NCBI GenBank assembly: GCA_963702425.1
Contig: CAVPCQ010000018.1
Span: 64,001 to 128,000 of the forward strand
DNA: 64,000 nt
From: an uncultured Acidobacteriota bacterium
GTDB taxonomy: Bacteria; Acidobacteriota; Polarisedimenticolia; J045
Reading direction: 5' to 3'
In this document: one piece after another, positions 21,760 through 31,566 of the stretch
Position numbering within the stretch: the stretch's first letter is position 1
Layout: every line of letters starts with the position of its first letter
Translations under genes and position numbers: made by a program
The notes under the pieces: model-generated
Databases searched by the model: none
Seen by the model: only the letters and a program-made list of their open reading frames with translations
Told to the model about the DNA's origin: nothing

Positions 21760-23109
21760 CTAGGGAACGACCTCCGCGTACCACCCCTTGTCGACGATCG
21801 TCGTCTTGTAGGGCTCCGAGAGCCGCTGCAGCTTCTCGATGATCTGCCGGCCGCGGGCCGTGCCCGCCAGGCGCGGCACGCCGTAGAGCGGCCCCTCGTC
21901 GTCGATCGTGACCGGGATCAGCTCGATCCGCTTGAGCTTCTCGGCGTTGAACGTCATCCGCACCAGCACCCCTTCAAAGGTCTCTTCCGAGTCGCGCCGG
22001 TCCCAGACCGAGACGTTCGTGGGGCGCTCGACCTCGCCGTCGCGCTGGTGGATCAGGTCGATCGGGATCTTCGACGGGGTCCGGTACTGGTAGATGAAGT
22101 CCGACAGGCTGTAGAAGATCGGTTTCCCCTCGTAGATCTCGATCCCGCGCAGGACGTGCGGCCCGCTCCCCAGCACCAGGTCCGCGCCGGCGTCGATCGC
22201 GCGCCGGTACATGATCTCGTCGTTGGGCGGCGTGGTGTCCTGGATCCCGAAGGCGCGGTGGTGGCTCCTGTCGTGGTTGTGCAGCGAGACCATCACGACG
22301 GGGCCGCGCCGCTTGGCCAGCACGACGTCGTCCTCCATCGCCAGGATGTCCTTCTCGAGCGGGCCCTCGACCGCCTCGGTCGTGCCGTCCGGCTTCGCGA
22401 CCAGGATGACCGCGGGGTCGATCGTGGCCAGGCACGCCGACTGGGGGTCCGTGCAGCGGTACTTCTGCGTCCAGTAGCGCATGTACGAGAGCAGCGCGAA
22501 CTTCGTCTTCTGGCTCTGCACGCTCGTCGTGGCCGGGGCGCGCGCGTCGGCCAGCGTCATCCCCGCGCCGGCGTACGTGAAGTTGGCGTGTTCGAGCGCG
22601 GCCAGGCAGTCCTTCAACCCCTCCGGCCCGAAATCGAGCGCGTGGTTGTTGGCCATGCTGACCATGTTGATGCCGATCGCGGCCAGCTCCCAGACGAACG
22701 CCGGATCGGTCCGGAAGTTGTAGAACGGGCGCTGCGCCTCGGGGTGGGAGTTCATCGAGAACTCGAGGTTGCCGTACGCGATGTCGGCTTCCTGCATGAT
22801 CCGGAAGAGCTGCTGGTGATGCGGCTCGGGCAGGTTGGAAATCTGCTCGTTGAAGATCATGTCGCCGACCGCCGTGACGACGATGTCGCCCGGTTCCTCC
22901 CGGAGAAGCGCGGTGACCCGGCCCTTCCAGTCGATCGTCTCGGCCGGCTCGGCCGGCTTCATGCGGCGGTTGTAAACGGACTTGCTCTGGTCCCAGGTCA
23001 TCGGTGGCGGAGTCGTCTGCGCCAGGCCGGCCGTCGCGGAGACCATGACGACGCACGGCAGCAACAGCAGGAACGCCCGGGAGCGGAAGGCCGGTGCGGT
23101 GCGGGTCAT
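21760..23109 (-). CDS. CapA/PgsA-family metallophosphoesterase-fold protein, secreted
   Basis: Signal peptide. VGDM, GNLE, ANNHALDFG, GPHV, YSLSDF. ATGA overlap with the upstream gene. Confidence 0.85.
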   Translation of the reverse strand: MTRTAPAFRSRAFLLLLPCVVMVSATAGLAQTTPPPMTWDQSKSVYNRRMKPAEPAETIDWKGRVTALLREEPGDIVVTAVGDMIFNEQISNLPEPHHQQLFRIMQEADIAYGNLEFSMNSHPEAQRPFYNFRTDPAFVWELAAIGINMVSMANNHALDFGPEGLKDCLAALEHANFTYAGAGMTLADARAPATTSVQSQKTKFALLSYMRYWTQKYRCTDPQSACLATIDPAVILVAKPDGTTEAVEGPLEKDILAMEDDVVLAKRRGPVVMVSLHNHDRSHHRAFGIQDTTPPNDEIMYRRAIDAGADLVLGSGPHVLRGIEIYEGKPIFYSLSDFIYQYRTPSKIPIDLIHQRDGEVERPTNVSVWDRRDSEETFEGVLVRMTFNAEKLKRIELIPVTIDDEGPLYGVPRLAGTARGRQIIEKLQRLSEPYKTTIVDKGWYAEVVP

Positions 23110-23988
23110 CGTCCCTTCCTCCGGTCGTTGTCGGCGCGTGCGATCGGTGCGCGCCTGTTCAGGTCGTAGCGGTCGCCCGGGAGCAGCACGTCCACCCGCA
23201 GGCCCCGGACGCCCAGCAGGTCCTTGCCGTCGGCGGACGCGGCGCGGCTCACCGTCGCCTTCGCGGCGTCGAAGACGATCACGGACCCCGAGCCGATCAC
23301 CTCGAGCGTGCCGTCGGGCGCCACCCAGATCGCCGTGTCCTCGTCGACGCCGACGCCGAGCAGCTCGGGGTGCTCGAGGATCACCGACAGCAGGCGGTTC
23401 GACCGCTGCCGGGCGACGAAGTGCTGGTCGACGATCACCCCCCGGAAGAGGCCGAGCCCGGGCGCCAGCTCGACGGCGCCGGCCCGGATCGTCGTGAAGT
23501 CCCCTTCGCCCGTGATCATCAGCGCGCTCTGGCAGGCGGTGCCGGCCGAGGTGCCGCCGACCACCGCCCCGCGCGCGAACGCGTCGGCGATCGCCGCGCC
23601 GACCGGGGTGTCGAGCAGGGCCCGGGTGATCCGCGCCTGGTCGCCGCCGCCGAAGAAGATGCCGCGGGCCTCCCGCGCCCGCTTCGCGAAGTCGGGGTTC
23701 GCCGCGTCCTCGCGCGTCTTGATGTCGAGCACCGCGACCTTCGTGCAGCCGAGGTCCTTCCGGAACAGGTCGTCGTAGTACTCGACGATGTCGGCCTCCT
23801 CCGACGCCGTCGGGATCACGACGATCGAAGCCTCCGGCCCGCCGGCCAGCTCGACGAACTTCCGCATCGCCGCCGCCGGCTTCTCGCCGCCGCCGATCAG
23901 GACGAGCTGCCCCTTCGGCACCGGGCCCGTGGCCGGAGGCCAGACCCACACCGAGGAGCAGGACCATCACGCAGACGAGCCGGCGCAT
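23106..23988 (-). CDS. Cyanophycinase (S51 peptidase) with signal peptide; apparent +1 frameshift near 23934
   Basis: LIGGG, PTAS, GGGDQ, GTSAG, DQHF..R.R..RL, GVDEDT. RBS plus ATG 23988 gives a signal peptide that joins this frame if one base is removed. Confidence 0.85.
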
Positions 23989-24031
23989 CGTGACCTCGCG
24001 GCGCCGGAGGCCCCGGCGGGGGGCCCCCCGG

Positions 24032-24067
24032 AAGAAAGCGCGGAGCGGCCCGGGGGCCGCTCCGCGC
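24032..24067 (-). terminator. Stem-loop/terminator after the TonB receptor gene
   Basis: 13-bp perfect stem GCGCGGAGCGGCC/GGCCGCTCCGCGC followed by UUUCUU on the minus strand. Confidence 0.7.
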
Positions 24068-24084
24068 GCGGGGGAGCCTTGGTG

Positions 24085-26863
24085 TCAGAACGAGTACCGC
24101 GCCCCGAGCCGGATCTGGCGCGGAGCCTGGATCTGGTAGGGTTTCCCGTAGTTGTCGCGCGGGCCGGACCACGGGTCCTCATCGCCCAGGTAGACCTGGC
24201 CCCAGCGGTTGTAGACGTCGAGGACGGTGTTGGAGTTCAGCAGGTTGAAGGCCTCGATCCAGACCATCAGCGACGTTTCCTTGGGGAGGGCCGTCCGCCA
24301 CGCGAGGCGCAGATCGAGCATGGTCCAGTACGGGAACTTCTGCGAGCCGCGCGGGGTCAGGTTGACCTCCCGGCCCGTATTGGCGTTGTAGTCGAGACCG
24401 CTGATCCGCGCGTACGGGGTCCAGTACCAGCCCGAGAAGTAGTTGAACTGCCCGCTGATCTGGAACCCCAGCGGGAGGTCGACGTCGCCGGACAGCTTGA
24501 ACTCGTACTTGTTGTAGGAATAGTCGATGTTGCCGTCGGAGTTCGTCAGCCCGTTCCGGTCCCGGTATTCGTTGGCGTAGCCGTTGTTCTTCAGGATGTT
24601 GCCGGGCAGGTCGGAGTAGACGAACGAGCTGCGCAGGGACCAGCCGTCCAGGTAGCGCTTTTCGAAGCGCAGGACCGCGGACTGGAAGTTGCGGTACGCC
24701 CCGTTGTCCGTCGTGAGCACGAAGTTCGTCGGCGACTCGAGGTTGAAGAGCGGCAGGTTGCCGCCGCCGAACGGGTTGTCCGGGGTATCGAAGCGGGTGT
24801 AGTCGTTGTTGGTGTTGATCATCGCCATGATGTCCCGGAAGCCGCGGTCGATGTAGTCGAAGCTCAGCACCATCTGCGGGGCCAGCGTCTGCTCGTACGT
24901 CAGGATCCACTCGTCGACGTAGGCCTGGTTGACTTCGCCCATGTCGGCGGCGATCGCGGTCGGCTCGTCGCAGAGGTCGAAGGCAGCGGTCTCGGAGTTC
25001 CAGTAGCAGTCCTGGTCCGGGATCGCTGCCTTGCCGGACTTCTCGCGGTCCCACAGGTAGGTGTAGGCCTTGTCGTGGTAGCGGCCCCAGTGCAGCTTGA
25101 GCGCGGACTTGGCGTTTCCGAAGACGTCCCACACCAGGCCGATGCGCGGGTCCCAGAAGCTGGTGTCGTAGACGGTCGGATTGCCGCGACCGGACTGCCA
25201 GCCGCCGTTGTAGGAGCCGTAGCGGACGCCGAGGTTGACGGTGACACGGTTGGCCGTCATCGAGTCCTGGGCGTAGAGGGCGTAGCCCGAGTACTTCGGC
25301 GCTTCGTCGTACTCGCCGAAGCCGGTCTCGGTGAAGGCGTCCGACGAGTAGCCGCACGTCGGGTCGGCCTGGAGGGCCTTGAACTGCTCCTCCTCCGTGT
25401 CGCCCGGGCAGACCGTGGAGTCCAGGAAGTAGGTGAAGCCGCCGTTGCGACGCCACAGGTCGGACGACTTGGCCTGCTCGTACTCCGCGCCGAACTTGAA
25501 CGTGTGGGACTCGTCCATGCCGAAGAGGTCGTCCTCGAACATGCTGAACGAGCCGGAGAGGGTCCAGAGCTGGCGGTCGTTCAGCTCGCGGATCTCCTGG
25601 TTGTAGAACGAGATAGCCGGTTCCCTCCCAGTCGACGTAGCCGTTCTTCTTCTCGCCGTTGTAGGGGAGGTAGTTGTCCTCGCCGCTGTACCCGGAGAGC
25701 TTCGCGTTCAGGAAGTACTTGCTGCCGAAGGCCGACTCCCAGTGCAGCGCCAGCGTCGTCCCGGGCGCCTCCTGGTAGGACGACGCCTCGGGCAGGACGT
25801 CGACTGCGCTCACCCCGCGGTTCTCGTTCATCACCTTGTCGTACTCGAGCATGAACGACAGCCGGTTGTTGTTATCGGCCTGCCAGGTCAGCTTCCCCAG
25901 GAAGCGCGGGATCTCGCGGGTCGACGCCGCCTGCGCACCGAAGGGGGTGGTCACCTGCCGCCAGTACTCGCCGGAGACGAAGAACCAGAGCCGGTCCTTG
26001 ACGACCGGCCCGCCGAGGCTGACCGCGAGGTCGTCGAAACTGAACTCCTGCTCGGGGAACTTGGCATTCGAGTAGTTGGTGCTGGCCCAGGAGGCAGCCT
26101 GGTATTGGATCTCCACGTCGCCGCTGAAACTGTTGCCGCCCGACTTGGTCACGCCGTTGATCACGCCCCCCGTGTAGCCGCCGAACTCGGCGTTCGCGCC
26201 GAGTCCGCCGACCTCGATCTCCTGCATCCAGCGGATCGCCGGCAGGACCCAGTGCTGACCAGCCGCCGAGTCGGCGATGTTGACGCCGTCGAGGGTGAAC
26301 GCGTTCTGGTTCTCGGTGGTGCCCCCGTAGGCCAGCATCGCGCTGCCGCTGCCGCTGGTGTAGTCGAAGTTCACGCCCGGGGCCATCTGGATCACGTTGT
26401 AGTAGTTCGCGGGGATCGGCTGGTTGTCGATGTAGTGCTCGCCGAAGCTGGAGGAGACGGTGTTCGAGACCACGCTCACGGACGGGGCCGACGCCGTGAC
26501 CGTGACCTCCTCCTTCACCTCCGAGATCGGCAGCACGAAGTTGACGGCCAGCACGATCCGGGCGCGGACGCGCGCCCCTTCCTGCTTCAGGTTCTGGTAC
26601 CCCGGGAACTGGGCCTCGACCGCATAGGTCCCCGGCGGCAGCGCCGGAAAGCGGTAGGCCCCGCTCTTGTCCGTCAGCGCGCTGGCCTGGCCCCGGATCA
26701 GCGCCGGCGACGTGACGACGATCGTCACGGCTTCCAGCGGGCTGCCCTTCTCGTTCGTCACCTTGCCTTCGATGCTTCCCGTGATCGTGGTCTGCGCGAA
26801 GAGCGGCGCGACCGACACGAGCATCACGAGGAGCAGCACCACCGCCGACCGTTTCGTCCCCAT
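24085..26863 (-). CDS. TonB-dependent receptor (Oar-like) with apparent +1 frameshift near 25612
   Basis: AAGGAG RBS, signal peptide, carboxypeptidase-regulatory-like N-domain, plug (AEFGGYTGGVIN.VTKSGGN), C-terminal RYSF. The two track ORFs join if one base is removed. Confidence 0.88.
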
Positions 26864-26895
26864 ACTGTCTCCTTCCCGCACTGCCTCCCGTGGGA

Positions 26896-27606
26896 TCAAC
26901 TGGAACCGCCCGCCCGCATCGCGGAGACGAGCGCCTTCGCTGCCGACTCGATGTGAAGCTGCATCGCCCGCTCCGCCCGCCCGGGATCGTGCGCCGCGAG
27001 GGCGGCGATGATCTCCGCGTGCTCCGCGGTGTCGGGGTCGTCCCGGCCCGGCACCGACTCCGATGCGACGCCCGGGATGATCCCCCAGAGCATCGTCGGG
27101 AAGGCGGTCCAGAGCTGGGTGAGCGAACGGATGAGGTAAGGGCGCCGGGATGCCTTGATGATCGCCAGGTGAAAGCGCCGGTTCATCTCGCGGTAGTTCG
27201 CCAGGTCGCGCGGGGTCTCGCAGGCGGCCATCTTCCGGTGCAGCTCGCGCAGCTCGTCGAGCTCGCGCTTCGTGATCTGCTGCGCGGCGAACCGCGCGGC
27301 GCGGCCCTCGATGCAGATCCGTCCGGTGTAGAAGTCCTCGACGTCGTCGGGGGTGAAGCTGACGACGCGGATTCCGCGATACGGGACGTGCTCGACGATC
27401 CCTTCCGCGGCGAGCTGCTTGAGCGCCTCGCGGACGGGGGTCTGGCTCGTCCCCAGGGCCTTCGCGAGCTTCTCCTGGCGCAGCCACTCGCCGGGCGGAA
27501 GCCGGCCCTCGAGGATCTCGACGCGCAGGCGGTCGGCCGCCCACTGCCGGAGCTGCCCCGGGGAGTCCCGTTGCTGACGCGGAGGCGACTCGTCTATATT
27601 ATGCAT
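26896..27606 (-). CDS. GntR family regulator (FCD domain)
   Basis: LPPGEWLRQEKLAKALGTSQTPVREAL wHTH; NRRFH, EH.EI, HI in the FCD domain. Confidence 0.92.
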   Translation of the reverse strand: MHNIDESPPRQQRDSPGQLRQWAADRLRVEILEGRLPPGEWLRQEKLAKALGTSQTPVREALKQLAAEGIVEHVPYRGIRVVSFTPDDVEDFYTGRICIEGRAARFAAQQITKRELDELRELHRKMAACETPRDLANYREMNRRFHLAIIKASRRPYLIRSLTQLWTAFPTMLWGIIPGVASESVPGRDDPDTAEHAEIIAALAAHDPGRAERAMQLHIESAAKALVSAMRAGGSS

Positions 27607-27653
27607 AATGCTTACTTAACTGGACATTAGCGCAGGGAACTCCGCGCAGTCAA
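27598..27653 (-). promoter_or_regulatory. GntR operon promoter and palindromic operator
   Basis: TTGACT-18nt-TAATGT (27653-27624). Perfect palindrome ATTATGCATAAT (27598-27609) over the start codon. Confidence 0.65.
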
Positions 27654-27743
27654 GCGACCCGCGGAAGGCTCTCTAAGCGAAAGTAGGGCGATGATCCGGA
27701 GAGCGCCACCGTTCGGGCGCCTCCCGACGGAGGGCGGCAGGAG

Positions 27744-28835
27744 ATGGCCACCGACCCGCGGCTGATCGACACCTTTCTGGAGGTCGCGCGCATCGAGGGG
27801 ACCTCCGGCAACGAGCGCGCCGTGGCCGACCACGTCCGGCGCGTCCTCGAAGGGCTCGGGATGGAGGTCCGCGAGGACGACGCGCACCTCTCAGCCGACG
27901 GGAACTGCGGGAACCTCGTGGCCCGGGCCGGCCGGGGCGGCGACCTGGTCCTGATGGCGCACATGGACACCGCCCGGCCGTCGGGGCAGAGCCGCCCGAT
28001 CGTCCACGCCGACCGCATCACCTCGGACGGGACCACGGTGCTGGGGGTCGACGACCGGGCCGGGATCGCGATGCTGCTCCACGCGGCCGAGCAGGCGCTG
28101 CGTGGCGGCCGCGGCCGCAAGGACTTCACGCTCGGCTTCACGATCTGCGAGGAGACGACGCTCGCGGGCTCCGCCGCCATCCGCTTCGACCCCGCGATCA
28201 CGGGCGCGGTCCTCTTCGACTCGTCGCTGCGGCCCGGCAACTTCATCTGCCGCTCCTACGGCTGCCAGCACGTGCTGGCCACCGTGCACGGGCGCGCCTC
28301 GCACTCCGGGATCGCCCCGGAAAAGGGGATCAGCGCGATCGCGGTCGCCGCGAAGGCGATCGCGCGCCTCCCGCTGGGCCGGATCGACGACGAGACGACC
28401 GCCAACGTCGGGATCATCCGCGGCGGCTCCGCGACCAACGTCGTCCCCGAGGAGACGAGCCTCGACGCGGAGGTGCGGTCGGTGCACCCCGCCCGCGTCG
28501 AGGAACTGGTCGGTCGGTTCCGCGCCTGCTTCGAGGAGGAAGCGGCGCGCGCGGGCGCCACGCTCGAGTTCCGCGCGGAGTGGGACTTCATGCCCTACAC
28601 CGTGGACGAGTCGAGCGCGCTGTTCGCGCGCGTGGCCGCGGCGCTGCGCGCGGTCGGGCTCGAGCCGGCGCCCCGGGTCTCGGCGGGCGGCTCCGACGCC
28701 AACTCGCTCAACGCGCGCGGCCTGCCGGCGATCAACCTCGGCATCGGCGCCCAGAACCCGCACGGCAACGACGAGTTCATCCTGCTCGAGGACCTCGACA
28801 AGGGCGCCGCGCTCGCGCTCGCGCTGCTGTCCTGA
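27744..28835 (+). CDS. M20 family peptidase T-like metallopeptidase
   Basis: AHMDT, LGVDDRAG, CEE, GRASHSG, GGSDAN, NPH. Confidence 0.88.
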   Translation: MATDPRLIDTFLEVARIEGTSGNERAVADHVRRVLEGLGMEVREDDAHLSADGNCGNLVARAGRGGDLVLMAHMDTARPSGQSRPIVHADRITSDGTTVLGVDDRAGIAMLLHAAEQALRGGRGRKDFTLGFTICEETTLAGSAAIRFDPAITGAVLFDSSLRPGNFICRSYGCQHVLATVHGRASHSGIAPEKGISAIAVAAKAIARLPLGRIDDETTANVGIIRGGSATNVVPEETSLDAEVRSVHPARVEELVGRFRACFEEEAARAGATLEFRAEWDFMPYTVDESSALFARVAAALRAVGLEPAPRVSAGGSDANSLNARGLPAINLGIGAQNPHGNDEFILLEDLDKGAALALALLS

Positions 28836-28855
28836 GCGGCGGGGGATTTCCGACG

Positions 28856-29896
28856 ATGAGCACGCCGGGAGAGCGGCTCGACGCGGTTCCCCGGATCGAG
28901 CTGGCGGCGCTCCCCACCCCGCTGCAGGAAGCCCGCCGCCTCGCGGACCACCTCGGGCTCTCGCGGCTCCTCGTCAAGCGCGACGACACGACCGGCCTCG
29001 GACTCGGCGGCAACAAGGCCAGGAAGCTGGAGTACATCTTCCCCGCGATCCTCGCAGCGGGGTGTGACGTCGTCGTCACCGTCGGCGGGGCGCAGTCCAA
29101 CCACGCCGCGATGACAGCCGCCGCGGCCCGGCGGCTGGGCCTGGACGCGAAGCTCGTCCTCGGCGGCCCGGACTTCGTGGACGTTGCGGGGAACGCGCTG
29201 CTCGACGTCCTGCTCGGTGCCGAGATCCGCTTCATGGTGGACGACGACGACAACGACGCGATGACCGCCGAGATGGAGCGCTGGGTCGGGCAGCTCCGCC
29301 GCGAGGGGCGCCGGCCGTACGCGCTGCCGATCGGCGGCAGCACCGGCGCCGGGGCGCTCGGCTACGTGCGCGCCGTGCGGGAGCTGGCCGCGCAGCTCGG
29401 GCCCACAGCGGCCGGCCCGGTGCAGGTTCTCACCGCCGTCGGCTCGTGCGGGACGCTCGCCGGCCTGCACCTCGGCGCGCGGCTCTTCCTGCCGGGCGCG
29501 CGGGTGATCGGGATCAGCGTGTCGCGCCCGGCGGGCGCCATCGCGCGGCGAACGGTCGAGATCGTCGAGGAGAGCGCGCGCCTGCTGGGCCTCGAGGGAG
29601 CGCTGTCGGAATCGGACGTCGAGTGCTACGACGACACCTTCGAGAGCTACGGCGTCGCGACGGCCGCGGGGAAGGAGGCGATCCTCGCCTGCGCGCGGCT
29701 CGAGGGGCTGCTGCTCGATCCGACTTACACCGGCAAGTCGATGGCCGGCCTGTTCGATCTCGCGCGGCGCGGAGCGATCGACCGCTCGGTGCCGACCGTC
29801 TTCCTTCACACGGGCGGACTGCCGATCCTGTTCGCCTCCGGAAGTGCGTTCCAGGACGCGGCGGCGCTCACGAAGATCCCGCCCCGCCCCGCGTAG
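28856..29896 (+). CDS. D-cysteine desulfhydrase/ACC deaminase family PLP enzyme
   Basis: KRDD, GGNKARKL, QSNH, LDPTYTGK, FLHTGG. Confidence 0.88.
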   Translation: MSTPGERLDAVPRIELAALPTPLQEARRLADHLGLSRLLVKRDDTTGLGLGGNKARKLEYIFPAILAAGCDVVVTVGGAQSNHAAMTAAAARRLGLDAKLVLGGPDFVDVAGNALLDVLLGAEIRFMVDDDDNDAMTAEMERWVGQLRREGRRPYALPIGGSTGAGALGYVRAVRELAAQLGPTAAGPVQVLTAVGSCGTLAGLHLGARLFLPGARVIGISVSRPAGAIARRTVEIVEESARLLGLEGALSESDVECYDDTFESYGVATAAGKEAILACARLEGLLLDPTYTGKSMAGLFDLARRGAIDRSVPTVFLHTGGLPILFASGSAFQDAAALTKIPPRPA

Positions 29897-29939
29897 CCGA
29901 CACCGACCCCGCCCGCCCCGGGCGATTGCCGAGGAGAGC

Positions 29940-31490
29940 ATGGGCACCCGTTCCGTACGACGCTTCGCGGCCGGACTCGCGATCGCCCTCGGCGCGGCGC
30001 TGAGCTTCGTGGGCCAGGCACCGGCCGGCGCGCCCCGGGACGCCGGCGACGCCGTGCCCGCGCTGATCGCGGCGCTCGCCGACGCCGATCCGTACGTCAA
30101 CGGCGAGGCGACGAACGCGCTGGGCCGGATCGGCGCGGCCAGCGTCCCCGCCCTCGTGCGCGCGCTGGAGGACCCGCGGGAGAACGTCCGCTGGTGTGCG
30201 GCGATCGCGCTCGGCAAGGTCGGACCCGATGCGCGGCCGGCGGTCCCCGCACTGGTGCGGGCCCTCGGCGACACCAACGCCAATGTCCGCTACTGCGCAG
30301 CGATCGCGCTCGGCTCGATCGGTGGTGCCGCAGGCGACGGCCCGGGCGCCCCCTCCGGGCGGGACGCCCTGCCGGCCCTTCGCGAGTCGCTCCACGACGC
30401 GGACGCCGACGTGCGCGGCGGCGCGGCGTGGGCGCTCGCCGCGATCGATCCGGCGGGGAGCGCCAGGGCACCCGACTGGGAGACGACGGTCGCGACGATC
30501 GACCGGCTCACGCCGCTCCTGATGGAGGAGCTCCACGTCCCCGGCGTGTCGATCGCGCTGATCCGCGACGGCCAGGTCGCCTGGTCGAAGGGCTACGGCG
30601 TCGCCGACGCGGCGAAGCGCGAGCCCGTGACGCGCGCCACCCTCTTCGAGGCCGCGTCGATGACCAAGCCGGTCTTCGCCTGGACGGTGCTCGAGCTCGT
30701 CGACGAGGGGAAGCTCAAGCTCGACCGGCCGCTCGTCGAGTACCTCGACGAGCCGGCCCTGCCCGACCAGCCCGAGCGCCGACGGATCACCGCGCGCATG
30801 GTCCTCTCGCACACCTCCGGCTTCCCGAACTGGCGCAAGGGGGACGAGGAGCGGGAAGGGCCGCTCCCGGTCCTGTTCCCGCCGGGCTCGCGGTTCGGCT
30901 ACTCGGGCGAGGGGGTCTTCTACTTGCAGCGGGTGGTCGAGCAGGTCACGGGCGAGCCGCTCGAAGTGCACGCGCAGCGGACCCTGTTCGCGCCGCTGGG
31001 ACTGAAGTCGACCAGCTACGCCTGGACCGCGGAGCTCGACCCGAAGCTGGCCACCGGCCACGCCGAGGACGGAAGCGTCCTGCCGCGGGCGAGGTACACG
31101 CACGCCAACGCCGCCTACTCGCTGGTCACGACGCCCGGGGAGTACGCGCGATTCCTGGTCGCGATCATGACTCCGGACCGCTCCGCGTCCTGGTCGCTCT
31201 CGCGGCGCTCGCGCGAGGCGATGCTCGCGCACCAGGTCGAGGCCGACGCGAGGGAACCGATCCAGCGCCCCGGCCGGGCCCGGGGGCTGGAGACCTTCTG
31301 GGGACTCGGTTGGGGTATCAACACGACCGCGGCCGGCGACATCGTCTACCACAGCGGCTCCAACCGGACGGGTTTCCGGTGCTACAGCCAGTTCTCCCCC
31401 ACGCGGGGCTCGGGAATCGTCATCATGACCAACGGCGCCGGCGGCGGGGAGCTCTGGACCCGCCTGATCAGCGCGGTCGGCGACCTGTGA
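29940..31490 (+). CDS. HEAT-repeat plus beta-lactamase-family (S12) serine hydrolase fusion, secreted
   Basis: Signal peptide, four AVPAL..AL.D....VR..AA.ALG repeats, then SMTK, LSHTSG, YSG, HSG. Confidence 0.85.
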   Translation: MGTRSVRRFAAGLAIALGAALSFVGQAPAGAPRDAGDAVPALIAALADADPYVNGEATNALGRIGAASVPALVRALEDPRENVRWCAAIALGKVGPDARPAVPALVRALGDTNANVRYCAAIALGSIGGAAGDGPGAPSGRDALPALRESLHDADADVRGGAAWALAAIDPAGSARAPDWETTVATIDRLTPLLMEELHVPGVSIALIRDGQVAWSKGYGVADAAKREPVTRATLFEAASMTKPVFAWTVLELVDEGKLKLDRPLVEYLDEPALPDQPERRRITARMVLSHTSGFPNWRKGDEEREGPLPVLFPPGSRFGYSGEGVFYLQRVVEQVTGEPLEVHAQRTLFAPLGLKSTSYAWTAELDPKLATGHAEDGSVLPRARYTHANAAYSLVTTPGEYARFLVAIMTPDRSASWSLSRRSREAMLAHQVEADAREPIQRPGRARGLETFWGLGWGINTTAAGDIVYHSGSNRTGFRCYSQFSPTRGSGIVIMTNGAGGGELWTRLISAVGDL

Positions 31491-31566
31491 GACCGCAGCG
31501 CGGCCGGCACCCGGATCGCAACGAAGGTTGACACGGCACCACCAGCACGGATCAGGAGACCGACCG

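Noticed and set aside
25600-25625. Programmed frameshift or phase variation in the TonB receptor
   Set aside because: There is no slippery sequence or repeat tract, and similar +1 errors occur in unrelated genes.
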